This document shows, piece by piece, positions 1 to 11,609 of a stretch of 64,000 nucleotides of DNA. Every line of letters begins with the position of its first letter. Position 1 is the first letter of the stretch. The DNA lies in assembly GCA_010093815.1 (NCBI GenBank), contig ML996568.1; one strand, given 5' to 3'. This DNA comes from Pseudovirgaria hyperparasitica (Eukaryota). The notes under the pieces are model-generated. The model was not told where the DNA came from. It did no database searches and saw nothing but the letters and a program-made list of their open reading frames with translations. Both the position numbers and the translations under genes were made by a program.

Positions 1-968
1 ATCAGGTTATAGGTACTAGAATTCTCAGCAGACTATAGAACCCGACATGTGCAGAGCGTAGTTATGCCTCGCTGCAAAGAACACCATTGAGTGATGATGG
101 ATGAACAGGTGCCAGAGCACAGGCAGCACGACCTCGTGGACGACGCGTGGAGAGTCTTGGCTACGTGACGGAGGTTATCTTTCTGATCTTGAAATGTCCG
201 AATATGGATGTCGCATGGCTTGACCGTCTTGGCGCGTTTAACCTGCAGGTCTCTTTGACACGGGCATTCAATGTTATTGAAGGCACTAAACATGGGCTGA
301 GGTAAAGACAACAACCGGAAAACAACACAAGCCATCACACAAAGGCACAGCAGCACAAGATAGATGCTCAGTGTCAATTGAAAAATCAGACTACTTTGTG
401 AGCAATCGAACAGCTACATACATACTTTCACATTCCATTCCACCACAACAAGATCCCGCGGCTCGGACTGGGGAATAAAAAATAAAAAGTGACCAAGCCG
501 CTCACCGTACAGGTATCCACCTCACCTCAAAATGCCAAATAAGGGATTGAAAGAGGATTGAAAGAGTTAAAAGGGGTAAAAGTGTGGTATCTCAACAAAC
601 GGCCATGACATGCGTGACGACGTGAATCGGCAACTCTGTGGAACTCCGGCGCTTAGATAGAAAGGGGGCGTGAAAAACGCGCGACGTGAAGAGACAAGAT
701 AGAAAGAAGAAGCCCTGACTACAATGTCCACCGCCGCGCAATCGTAAAAGTGGTTTAAAAAAAGAGAGAGAGAAATCCGTCCTAGTGAAACTCTTATCCA
801 CCGTAGATGGTTTTATGAGGACACCCAGGCCAATGCGCAAGTTGCGAGGTATGAGTTAGAGTTGTGTGTGTGTGAAGATGCTCTGCAACGTGTGGTGTAA
901 TATTGACGTTGAATGGTAGCGCGTAAAGTCCAGCTCGCTTTTCAGATGATTTGAAGCGCGGAGCAAGC

Positions 969-1331
969 CTATAGCGCGAGCATTGCCAGGACTACGGCAC
1001 CCACTGCAACAGCCGGAGCTTGTAGTGCGACAGCGGCACCCTGTGAACCAGTTGGCGCAGGAGCTGATGAACCATTTGGCTCGCCGGAAGTAGGGGTGTG
1101 CATTGTTGAGTTGCTGCCGTGCGAGGGAATGATGGTCTCGATGGTGGTAACGGGAGTGGTGATTGGAGTGGCTGGAGGAGTGCCAGTCATGGTCTGCGTG
1201 ACGACGCGGAAGACGGTCTTGGTGACATAGTAAGTGGAGTAGTCGTCAGCGGGAGGGGTGTTGTTGGCAGCGACAAAGGCGGAGAGGAAGAGGAGGAGGG
1301 ATGCGACGATCTGGCTGAAGGAGGAGCGCAT
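969..1331 (-). CDS. Small secreted Ser/Thr/Pro-rich, probably GPI-anchored cell-wall protein (120 aa)
   Basis: N-terminal signal peptide (MRSSFSQIVASLLLFLSAFVAA), Thr/Pro-rich middle and a C-terminal GPI-type signal (small residues SQGAA then hydrophobic tail VAVGAVVLAMLAL); single exon. Confidence 0.8.
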   Translation of the reverse strand: MRSSFSQIVASLLLFLSAFVAANNTPPADDYSTYYVTKTVFRVVTQTMTGTPPATPITTPVTTIETIIPSHGSNSTMHTPTSGEPNGSSAPAPTGSQGAAVALQAPAVAVGAVVLAMLAL

Positions 1332-4130
1332 TTTGAGTTTTTGGTTATCCGGAGATTTGATTCTTGATAGGAGAGATCGGAGGAAGCTGAAAAGCTGGAG
1401 ATGCGACTACTGCGACGTTGCAAGTGGTGCTTTGGTGCAGAGAATGCGACGATAGGATGTCTTGTAGTGATATCGATGCGCGCGATCGTGCGAATGCTTG
1501 AAGAGCAGATCTAGCGATTTTCTAGAAGGACGACAGGGTATGTCTTTTGGGTCTTTGTTTGTATGGATGAATGAGCGAGACGGCGTAGGCCTTTGTAAGA
1601 ATAGAGAACGTTGGTTGGATTTAAAAAGAGTGACAAAGGCAGAGAGCCAGTGAGATATTTTGCGTGTAGCAGAAATGTGGGTTTTGATGAGGCACAGGGA
1701 AGAAACGAGAGCAAGAAGAAGCAGAAGAAGAAGAGGAAAAGGGCAGGCATCCGGGGGATAGGGAAAATAGTAGAGCGGCCAGTTTGATTGCGGTCGTGCT
1801 GCAGAGGAATTAGCGGAGACGCCTTGTTTGTGTTATTTGGGGGGGAACTAACCTACCGGGGGGCAATTGGTTGTCTCATTTCCGCGTTCCTGACTAGAGT
1901 GTTACTTTAGGGGGGGTGAATCTAGCCTTGGGGGGTCCACAAGGCCACGCGCTAGGCTGGAGAAGCTATCTGGATCCCCAGAAGTCTCTGCGCATCACCC
2001 GCTAAATGTTACGATGCAGCGCCCCGAGAGACACAGCCCAAGCAGCCTGATAAGCCCCCAAAAGAGGCCCCGACCAGCGCCCAACAAGCCCCCGACATCG
2101 CCGCCAAGCACGCAGTAACTTTATGTCTGTCACCCCGTCCCAGGATGTGGAGGATCGCGATTGTACCTTGCAGACTTGCACCTGCCCTGCAGCCAACGGA
2201 GCAACACATGGATGAGCGGATGAGGAAAGGACGACAAGTCACGCACCGCACATTGGCCCCCTTCTCCCTGAATGACATTCTTCTACTTCTGGTTAAACAC
2301 CTTGCCCCGTTGTTGCTCGAGAGACCTTTTCATGCTTCATACTGGGCCAGCCAGGTACAGTAAGTAGATGAGCGAGTCGCAACGACGCTATTGAAACCAA
2401 GACTTTTGACGTCTGGGGCTTGTTACCACTGTCCACTCACACCTCACCAGATGCCCCAAGATGACACGCGAAAGGAACACGCCCACCGCGTCCAGATCCT
2501 ACATGGTACACAGCGCGACAAATCACAAGAGAACACATTCGTGCGACGTGGAATGGAAATCTTAAGGGACAAAGAACTCATCGAACTCATCAATCTCATC
2601 ATCCATCATGGCTGTGCTCCAGATGCGCCAGTCAGTCTCGTCTATTCCAGGACCCAACTGATCTGGTGAGAGCAACGGCTCGAGCAGGGCGTGAAACACT
2701 CACAGACCCTGTCCAACCCCAGCTATCCAGGCCTGCCTGCCCTGTCGATGATGCAACCGGCGCCTCCACTCTGGTTGCCTCAGCTGCTGTTGTGCGTAGG
2801 TAATGATGACCTCCTTCTTCATGCTGCGCTGCTGCGGTCATCTCTTCGTGTTACTACGCCACCACCCACCACCCATCAATATTCGCGTCAACCCAAGCAA
2901 CTCTTCTTCATCATCTCGCCTAAGCCGGCCATCTGCCCAGTGCCGTCGCAAGAATCCAGCCTTCAAGCGCATACCAAGCCCACCCTCCCCTTCGGCCAGC
3001 ACGAGCACGAAATTGTCCAACGACTAGCCGCCTAAACCTAATCCTTTGGGAAGGACTCATGAAGCGATGGACATCCACGGTCCGTCTAATTTAATACGAT
3101 CATACTAATCCAAGACCAGTTAAGCGTCAGGTACAGCTCGACCTCACTCGATGCGGATTGGCTGCGCAGCGTTTGCAACATCAGAGTTTTAAAATGAGAG
3201 CTCTTGCTGGTCGTGTTGCGTTACGAGTTTCGATTGTTCATCGGCTGTATGCTATTGAGGTATGTATGTGCTGCTTTGCCGGGGTGAGTGGTGAAACGTG
3301 TGATTGCCGAGACACCGGCTTTCTTGCTAGTCTACGACGTGTGCCGTTTGGAAAGAGGTGTTGTCAAGCGGAGCAGTCGTCAGTGAACATGCATCCTTCG
3401 TGAGTCCAAGATATCGTCGTGTGTTGTCACCCTTCAAGTAAGTTCAATAGAGTCACTGCATCTGACGTCGTCATACACACAGTGGACAAGACACAGTGGC
3501 CCTCTAGACACTCGCAACAACAATACTGTACCACCTTTCTAGATCTACAGACTACACATCACTCGATCAGTAGAATCTCATAACCCAGAGACGAGACTTC
3601 TCATGCAGCCAGCGGGCAATTCCGCCACTCCTTCTACCTCGATGTCAATATCTGATACTCATTCTCGCATATACAAACAATACAATACACGCAGATCATT
3701 ATGCGTACAGAATATGGTTTCACGCGACGGTACCCATAACATGCCATGCATAATTCCACCGAGTGTGTGTGTGTGTATTGTGTCGTGTCGCGCACACTGT
3801 CAGATATCAATGATGCTCACCACCGCAGGTCAGCGGTCAGATTCTCGTAAGGTTACAATCCAGCAGGGCCAGAACCGATCCTGCATCATCATCATCTCAT
3901 TAAGTTTAGTAGGAAGACCCCAGGAGTACGTGAGATTCCCGCAATATCGCTATACGCCATAAGTTATTATCCTGCGTGCTATTTTATCACACGCAGTCAC
4001 CAAGTCACGTCTCGCGAGGGACCCTCGATCCAAGAAGTAGTATTCGCCCTGCCCATCACCCAAGAACCGCCCAACCGTCACATTACGTACCCTACCTTCC
4101 CTCCGTCCCTACTCTACTTCGCATAAGGCT

Positions 4131-5783
4131 TCAATCCTCCTCCACAACCTCCGTGCTCTCCCACATCCGCCGACATATCTCCTCTGCCTCACTCCTCACC
4201 GTGCCCCCATCACTCTCGAAGCTCCTTCTCCCATCTCCCTCTTCTTCCATCTCGTCCCGCTCCGTCCGTCCATTCATTCTACTCCGAGCACTACTAGTAC
4301 TTGTCAAGTTCTTCTTCGTTGCCGTAGGTAGCTTGTCCAGCCGACCGAGCGCGTCTGCGAGTGGGTTCCTGTACCGATGCACGACGGTGTACTCCTTTGC
4401 GATATTCTCAAACAGCTTCAGTAGTCGGGGATCGACCCGCCCTTCGCTGTACCCTGTCGAGAAGTTGACGCCTGCGGTGAGCAGTTGAGGGCCACCGGTA
4501 CGTGGTAGGATGACCGGTATGAGTTTCTGCGGCTCGACGTTTGAGGATGCGCGCTGGAGCCAGAGTTTCTGCTGTGTACGGCTGGGGTTGAGGTCGCTGG
4601 ACGGGGTGTTCGTGCCCGAGCGCCGTGAGGTGGCGCGGCTGGACATTGTGCTTGTTGGTGTGGTCTCTCGTGTGTGTCTGTGTGCCATGTTTGGCTGTGA
4701 CTTGTTGCGCCTCGGTGCGTGATGCTCTGCTTCTTGACTGTGTTCGGCGTCTTCTGCGGGTGTTAGGAAGTTGCTGTTGCGCGGAGTGCCTACGGAGCCA
4801 TCTCCGTCCATAAAACGCGACACAAGATCCCGACCTGGTGTCTCGGCGAGTGTAGACCCTTGGCTTTGACTTAGTGTACGTGCATCATGTGAATCAGATA
4901 GGCCCGTTGCGGATGCTGATGCGAGCGATGTTTCGACTTTCGCTGTATTTGAGGCGGTACGGCGGAGGAGGCGTGACGTTATCATATCAGCGTCTGGGGG
5001 TCTGCTAGGGGTATAGGAGCTTGCGCCGTTGATCTGCTGGGCATCTACGACTTTGCGAGTTGCTTGCGCAAGTCCTTGCTGCGACTGTTTCCGGCTTCCT
5101 GTGGTTGGACTTGTAAACCCCTCCTCCTTCTGTGTCGCATGGGGATCTAGTATCACAGAGTTCGATCTTGTGTTTGAGCGGGTTGTGTTTGGTGATTGAG
5201 ATGCGCTCTCTTCGGTCCAGGCATCCTCTTGTGTGTCGTCAGCGAGATCTGGATCATCGCCGATATCAAAGTGAACTGTCGGGTGGTCCGCCTCTCTAGA
5301 GGCGGGCCTCGACCTCCCTGGTTTCATGAGGGAACGCTTCGCCGGCGCGACCTCGCTCTTGCTAGGCTTGAGCATGTTCTTGCTAGATGAATTTCGCGGG
5401 AGATGGCCACTGGAATGATTCTTCCGTATCGGAGCTTGTGTTGTGTGTCGCACGATCCCCACCGTCGAAGCATTTCGCCTTACATTCGGTCGTTGTGATT
5501 CAGTCGGAGTCGAACCTCCTGAGAGGACACGTCTGTGACCCTTCGTAACCGCGCTCTCTGCTGCATGTGCCACTGCCTGCTTGCCCAGTTTGTTCAGATT
5601 CTTGCCGAAAGAGAGGTTACGCTGGCCCAGTCGAACGTGCTTCTGCGCTTTGTGAGATCGATGCTGGTGAGGAGTTTCGGTAGGAGACTGTAGGAGGGTT
5701 GCGGCCGATGAAGCTGAGGAGGTTCGAGTGGTCATGGACGGCCGCTTCGTATGCGGAGGTGAGCCTTGATGTGAGGAGGGCAT
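4131..5783 (-). CDS. TCO89: TORC1 subunit Tco89-like protein (550 aa)
   Basis: Long Ser/Thr/Arg-rich disordered ORF with C-terminal block SRTQQKLWLQR...FENIAKEYTVVHRYRNPL, which I recognise as the conserved Tco89-family segment. Confidence 0.7.
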   Translation of the reverse strand: MPSSHQGSPPHTKRPSMTTRTSSASSAATLLQSPTETPHQHRSHKAQKHVRLGQRNLSFGKNLNKLGKQAVAHAAESAVTKGHRRVLSGGSTPTESQRPNVRRNASTVGIVRHTTQAPIRKNHSSGHLPRNSSSKNMLKPSKSEVAPAKRSLMKPGRSRPASREADHPTVHFDIGDDPDLADDTQEDAWTEESASQSPNTTRSNTRSNSVILDPHATQKEEGFTSPTTGSRKQSQQGLAQATRKVVDAQQINGASSYTPSRPPDADMITSRLLRRTASNTAKVETSLASASATGLSDSHDARTLSQSQGSTLAETPGRDLVSRFMDGDGSVGTPRNSNFLTPAEDAEHSQEAEHHAPRRNKSQPNMAHRHTRETTPTSTMSSRATSRRSGTNTPSSDLNPSRTQQKLWLQRASSNVEPQKLIPVILPRTGGPQLLTAGVNFSTGYSEGRVDPRLLKLFENIAKEYTVVHRYRNPLADALGRLDKLPTATKKNLTSTSSARSRMNGRTERDEMEEEGDGRRSFESDGGTVRSEAEEICRRMWESTEVVEED

Positions 5784-7845
5784 TTTGCTTATTACTAGGG
5801 ATCCAGTAGGCCGGTCTATGCGAGATTGTGGCGCCTGCTCGGTGATCGCAAGAAACGTAACAGATCTCGTTGGGTGGGCTGGGTGCTTGGACTACCCTGC
5901 AGTGCGGCAAGCTGCAGATCCTTGGCTCCGGCCTATTCCTCTCTGAGGACGTGTCGGAGTCGGGGTGGTATGGGGTAGAGTGTAGGTTCGTGAAGCTGTA
6001 GCGAAATCGATTGCCAGCAGAAGGTCTTTCCGGTGACTGAGGGTGAGGATGCGGAGTGAAGTCGGAATCTGGGAGAGACTTTTAACCTTAGGGCGGACGG
6101 GAGCTGCGAGGACGGGAAGGTCATCGGTCGGTCGCCTTCCCCACCTTGCGCGCTGGCTGCTGCTACTCAGGTGGCTAGAGCCGGAAACTGACGATTTATT
6201 TACTACTGCCCTGATTGCAACACCAGAATTCCCGGAAGCGGGAGGAATGCCGGCCCTATCCGACTACGGTCCTGGCTCTGCTGGTCCAATATGCGTGGAA
6301 CATGGGGCATCTGCATCGCTTTCTTTCCTCGACCTTGTTCGCAGTATGCCGGCTGTTCAAAATCGCTCACTTGTCTTGGTAGCGGTCCTCTTCATGGGTT
6401 TCACTCTCCTGCTATTTCGCCCTTTCTCTTCACGCTGCATCGTGTTCCCGAGTTTTCCTCATCTCCTAAGATGCCGTGCCTATACAACGAGTAACCTACA
6501 TTCTCCTGTTGCGCTGACTGGACGGCCCTCTGCTTGACTCGATTCCCCTTGCCTCATGATCCCTTGTCTGTCTCCCAGGTATGTCGTTTTAGGGTCTGTA
6601 ACATGCGATTCCTGAGTCAATGATGAAGTAGCGTTCCTGTACGTCGCTTTCTGGAGTCGTAATGTCCTAGCATCTGTGTTAGCGTCCATTCAAGCACTTT
6701 ATAGAAGTCTATTCAGGTACATGATGTGGGTCATCTGAACATTCAACACTAGCCATATAGACCCGAATATGAGCTTGTTGATCACGGCAAAAACACCTTG
6801 TCGGACATTGTGTATCAGACTATTCTACCCTCTTAGGCAGTACGACTGTAACATCTTATAATGGGTAGCAAGACCTTAAGCCTGCTCAAGCAAAAGAATC
6901 GCAATATCACGTTAGTCATATGTGGGTGGTATGCCTTCCACTATCACAAGTTGCTATAGCCTGATTCAACACATGGATATTTGACTTGCTTACTATTGTA
7001 CGTGAGCTATTTAGTGAGAATCGCAATATAGAAAAGAATTTTTGGCAGGTTTCTAAAGACACAGAACAGCTAATACACAAAGATCGCAGTTGACAAGCGC
7101 CTTACAATGAGTCTTTTATCCAATTTTGCGGATACCACGCGGGAAATGTGCCAGACCTAGAGAACCTCTACTGCCCTGGCATCATGATAGTATCATATCA
7201 CGTTCTAAACGCTTTATCACCGATGATATCTTCTAGAAGTAGAACACCCGGAATCGCGAAGTCGTGTCATCATCGAGTACCTATGGTGTTTTCAACGACA
7301 TATCTCAGCAAGAACTACAATTTAGTGAAAAGTCTATCAAAATCGCGGTCTTCAATACAGCAAAGAACTACCAGATCATTGGCAGCCTACCATGAAACTG
7401 GCTGGATGACTAGCATCGAATAAGGATCCCTTACTGGTCACAGATAAACATCTATCCACCCAACGCAATCAGCTCTCGATTCCTCCATTAGACATCGAAA
7501 ACCCTCCTCCCCTGGCCCTCTCTATCATGTAATCACGGATCAGCCACTATGATTACCGCCATGTCAAACACATCGAGCAGCAGATACTCAAGGATCGATA
7601 AAACCAAGCCTGCCTCATCCATCGTTGTCAACATTCAACCCTTCTACTGGCTATCAAGAACATCGAACCCTGGCATGCTTAATATCACCATCTTGCCACC
7701 ACTGTATCACAGTCACGGACACGATGAACAGATCAAACTCGAAATCACTTTTGATTGGAAAATAAAAGCCGGCCAGATAGCAGCGGCCAGCCTCTAAGCC
7801 CTCTGATGGGCAATGAACAACCTCCACCCCCGCCCAACCGGGCCC

Positions 7846-9368
7846 TCACTCCTCCTCACTCTCCTCCCCCCTCGTCAACCGCACAAACGTGCGCACCCGC
7901 CGCAAAACCTTCTCCCCCCTTCCCCTCTCCCTCTCCTCCGCCCTCTCGGCCGCCTTCCTCGCCTCCTCCGCCTCCTTCTCCGGGTTCCGCATCCCATCGA
8001 CACACCCAAACGACTCGTCCGAGTCCACCTTCCTCAGCGCCCGACGGCCCGAGTTCGGCTTGCTGCTCGCAAGCGCCTCAGAGAGGTTCAGCTTGGAGGC
8101 GCCGAACTCGAGTCGTTGGAGCCTCGGTGTGGACTCCTCGCGCGTGAGAGCACGCCGGGTGGCAGGACGCGGGCCGGGCCCAGAAGCGGAGGCGGCGAGT
8201 TCGGCGGCAAAGTAGTCTGCCGAGATGCTGGCTGCTCCTGGGGAGCGGCGAGCGAGCGTCTTGAAGCGCAGGTTAGCAGGGCTTGCAACAGAGCGTAGGT
8301 CCGAGAGGACGGAGCGTGAGCGGGAGAGAATGCGGCCGATACTGCCTTTTCTGCTTACCTGGTGCGAGAGAACTTCGACGTTCTCTGGTCTGGCAGGAGC
8401 AGATGGTGTCTGGTGCGAGGGAATCTCCCAGGTGCCTTGTTGCTGGTAGGGGGATGGGGTGGTGAAGCTCAGCTGCGCTGGCTTCTGGTCGACGCTGCCT
8501 TGCTGGGGCTTGTTCGATTGCTCAGAGAAACTTCTCTGTTGCGAGATGGATGATGGTGGTGGTGCGTGCGACCCTGACCTTGGATTGGTCGAAGGGTATG
8601 GCTGAGGTCTGTTCAGAAGATCAATGGTAGGGTGAGCGTATGGCTTCTGCTGAGCCTTTGCGGAAGAGCTGAAGGGTGGAACATGAGGCTTGGACCGTGT
8701 CGTCCGTGGCGTGTCTGCTAAATGACTATACGGCTTCTGCTGAGTTTGCTGCGCTGATCGGAACGAGTGAGCATGAGGAGCTTGCTCGATGTAGGGAGAG
8801 TGCTTTTGCTGCTGCTTGAAGCTAGTCTGCTGATGGTAGGGGGAGCTGATAGGAGAACTCGGAAAGCTAGACTGTTGTGTCTGCGGTGACATGAAAGGCG
8901 ACGAGTAAGAGGAAGGACTCCATCCGGATTCGTTGGAGGTTGTACTGATAGGTGACTGCATAGATGATCCTATTGGACTACCATGAATTGGATCCAGATG
9001 CTCACGGGGACGTGAGATGCTGTCCTTCTTCACCGTTTTCGGTGTTGGTCTGACGGTCGAGTTCAGAAACTGGTGAACAGCCTCTATCTGAAGCGCATTT
9101 GGACGTTCTGGACGTGGTGGAGCTGGACCTGACCTCAACGGCAACGGCGGAGGAGAAGGCGATTTTTCGGTCTTGTCATCGTCGTCCTCTGAAGAATCTA
9201 ATCCGAGTTAACTGAATGCCACCTTTTCAACGAAAGGAACGTACTACTGTGACGTCGCTGCTGTCCACGCTTGCGATCATCCTCCTTCGACTTCGATTTC
9301 GAAGTCTTGTTGCCGCCAAATGCACTACGAAATGCAAGCGCTGCGTCCATAGCGTAGCTATCAGCCAT
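7846..9368 (-). CDS. Hypothetical Pro/Ser/Gln-rich protein, 2 exons (9368-9245, 9197-7846)
   Basis: ATG at 9368 (MADSYAMDAALAFRSAFGG...); a 47-nt GTACGT...TAG intron at 9244-9198 splices in frame into the 432-aa ORF; Pro-rich motifs (PPPLPLR, PPRPERP); charged C-terminal helix. Confidence 0.65.
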
Positions 9369-11609
9369 GTTGCAAAAATTTGCCGTTAGCTACACGGTTC
9401 TTGCTATCGAAGCTATCTGAACGTCTCAAAGGCAAATTGTTCGAGTCGTGATTGAGCTAGAACCTTGCGAACTGCAGTGAGCTTGTGGATACGACAGATC
9501 TGGGTGAAAAAGCTGAGAAGAAGTGACGTCCTGAGTGCGAGGAGCTTGAACAGCGATGCTGATCTGGGCTGGTTATCGATGGGTACAATGATGAAAATGA
9601 TGAGGGAAAGCAGCCACAAACACCAAAGGCAAGAGATCAAGTGAGGTGTTGCGGTGTAAGCAAGAAACGGCGAGAAGAGCTCCATTTATAAGGAAATGAC
9701 GCGACGTGAATCGGCGACTGAGCCCAGGGCAGCGCTCGAAGTGAATCTCAGGAAGCGGGGGAGTCATACGATAGCACGCATCCAAGTGATATGGAAGTGA
9801 TCGGTGGGTTGTGGTGGTTTCGCAAGTCAAATAAACAGACGTGGCGCGGGGGACCTAGCGGTGAACAGTGTTATTTGCGGTTCAAGTAACCCCCTGGACA
9901 GCCCAGTCACCTTGACAGATCTTGTGAGCGCACCAGCTCGACTCACAGGAGTAAGTAGGTCTGAACGGAGCAGATCTTGCGCATAGCCAAGTGGCATCTC
10001 AAGAAACTTTCTTATAGATCTGCATTTTCCATTAATCATCATCAGCAAGAGACATACAAAGGTACACTGGCACGATTTACTACGCCCTATGCTCTATATA
10101 GGGCGAAGATTAGAGAGCTTGTATCGCCGTCAAGCTCGCCAACTTTGAACTAAGGTAACATGATGCAGTCAACTCCGGTCGTAAACTGTGGTAGCATCAA
10201 GCAAGCAGACGTTGCGCCAGGTAAATCTAAAGTCCAAACTTGATTGTCCCCCTATGCGTTTGGATTTTGGGACAATAGTGATTCGATTGGTCTTTTCGGT
10301 GCTTGGTCAGTGTGTATGTACCCTGAGTCGATCTTCTGCTTAGAGGTTTGACTGGGGGCATAGGGAAGAATGAATATAATCTCAGGGGGATGCGATCACA
10401 GCACTGCCTCCTGTGAGTAGTTAGCACATCTCGACGCATACATGCATCTCATCTCTCAAATGTATTGAGTAACCTTCGAAATCCAGTATACAATCGCCAA
10501 TTCGTGTGTATTTCCAGCTCTCCACCCGTGTTACTTGAGACTAGCTTCTGCATAGTTGACCGAACAAATCAAAGACTGCTTCTTCTTGGGCACCTGTCAT
10601 ATGGTAGTGATGAGTTTATGATGTAAGCGCTCCTAGCTCACGTCCGAACATATATGTCCTTACCTATGTTTGGACGCAGAGCGCCCAATGATGTCAAATG
10701 GGTCAGCCTGTGGACACCCTGGATGATTTCGACCGAGAGATATATCGAATAGTTTGAAGTGTGCGAGACTTCAGTACTAACCTTCCTATTGCTTTCTTCC
10801 TGTCAAGGGTGGAAGACAAGGATTGAAGACACTTCTATACACGTGTGGGACATTGCGAACCATTGTTGATATATTGATCGCAGCTGTAGTTGATACCCCT
10901 ATTCCTACATACATGAGGAGCACTGCTCGAGTATTCCTATCCAAATTCTTCAGAACAGAGGAGTGAACGTGGCTCTGGATGTAAATGGCTTCAACACCTG
11001 TCGTCGGCAGTGTAAAGTCCGACCAACCCGGCACGCTTTTCCAAAATGATTTTAGTCTGCGTCCGGGCGAGGCCACACAACACATAAATTTTCCCACGCT
11101 TCACCTCTTCACTTCTTCACCTCAACGTTTCTCGCTCGCACCGTCGCACCCCTATCAGAAGCAGGTCTGGAGCATAGCTCCGATGCTCGCGGCTCTTTAT
11201 AATGTCTTTTATTTTTCCATCTTGAGCACGAGACACTTAGCAGCGTTCATCCTTGGCACAAGTAATGTACGTGTTCTTCAATCTCTTTCATTCTTGTCTT
11301 CCTGCAATGATGAATAGCCTCTTTCTATAAATTGTTTCAACCCCTTCTGATCTACCTTGATTAGAATTGTGCTTTTGACACACTGAAAATGACTTCCGCC
11401 TGATGTTCATACCTCTTAGCTCAGTACTGTCGCGCGCTAATAGCTATTTAGAACTAGGTGCGAATCCGCGAACGTAGAACTGCGAGCTCCTACGACGTCT
11501 ATTGCATACAAAGCTCGTACATACATAGTCTGTCAGATGTTCGATAGAAATTCATCGTTTATCTCATTTTCGTGTCACTCTCGTGCTTTGTCTACAAACT
11601 TCCATACCC

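Noticed and set aside
2145..3035. Several overlapping 60-115 aa ORFs on both strands
   Set aside because: No recognisable motif, and I could not build a consistent spliced model
7000..7750. Fragments faintly resembling ankyrin-type repeats (e.g. HSTLLLAIKN, SIKIAVFN) broken by stops; possible pseudogene
   Set aside because: Similarity too weak to support without a translated search
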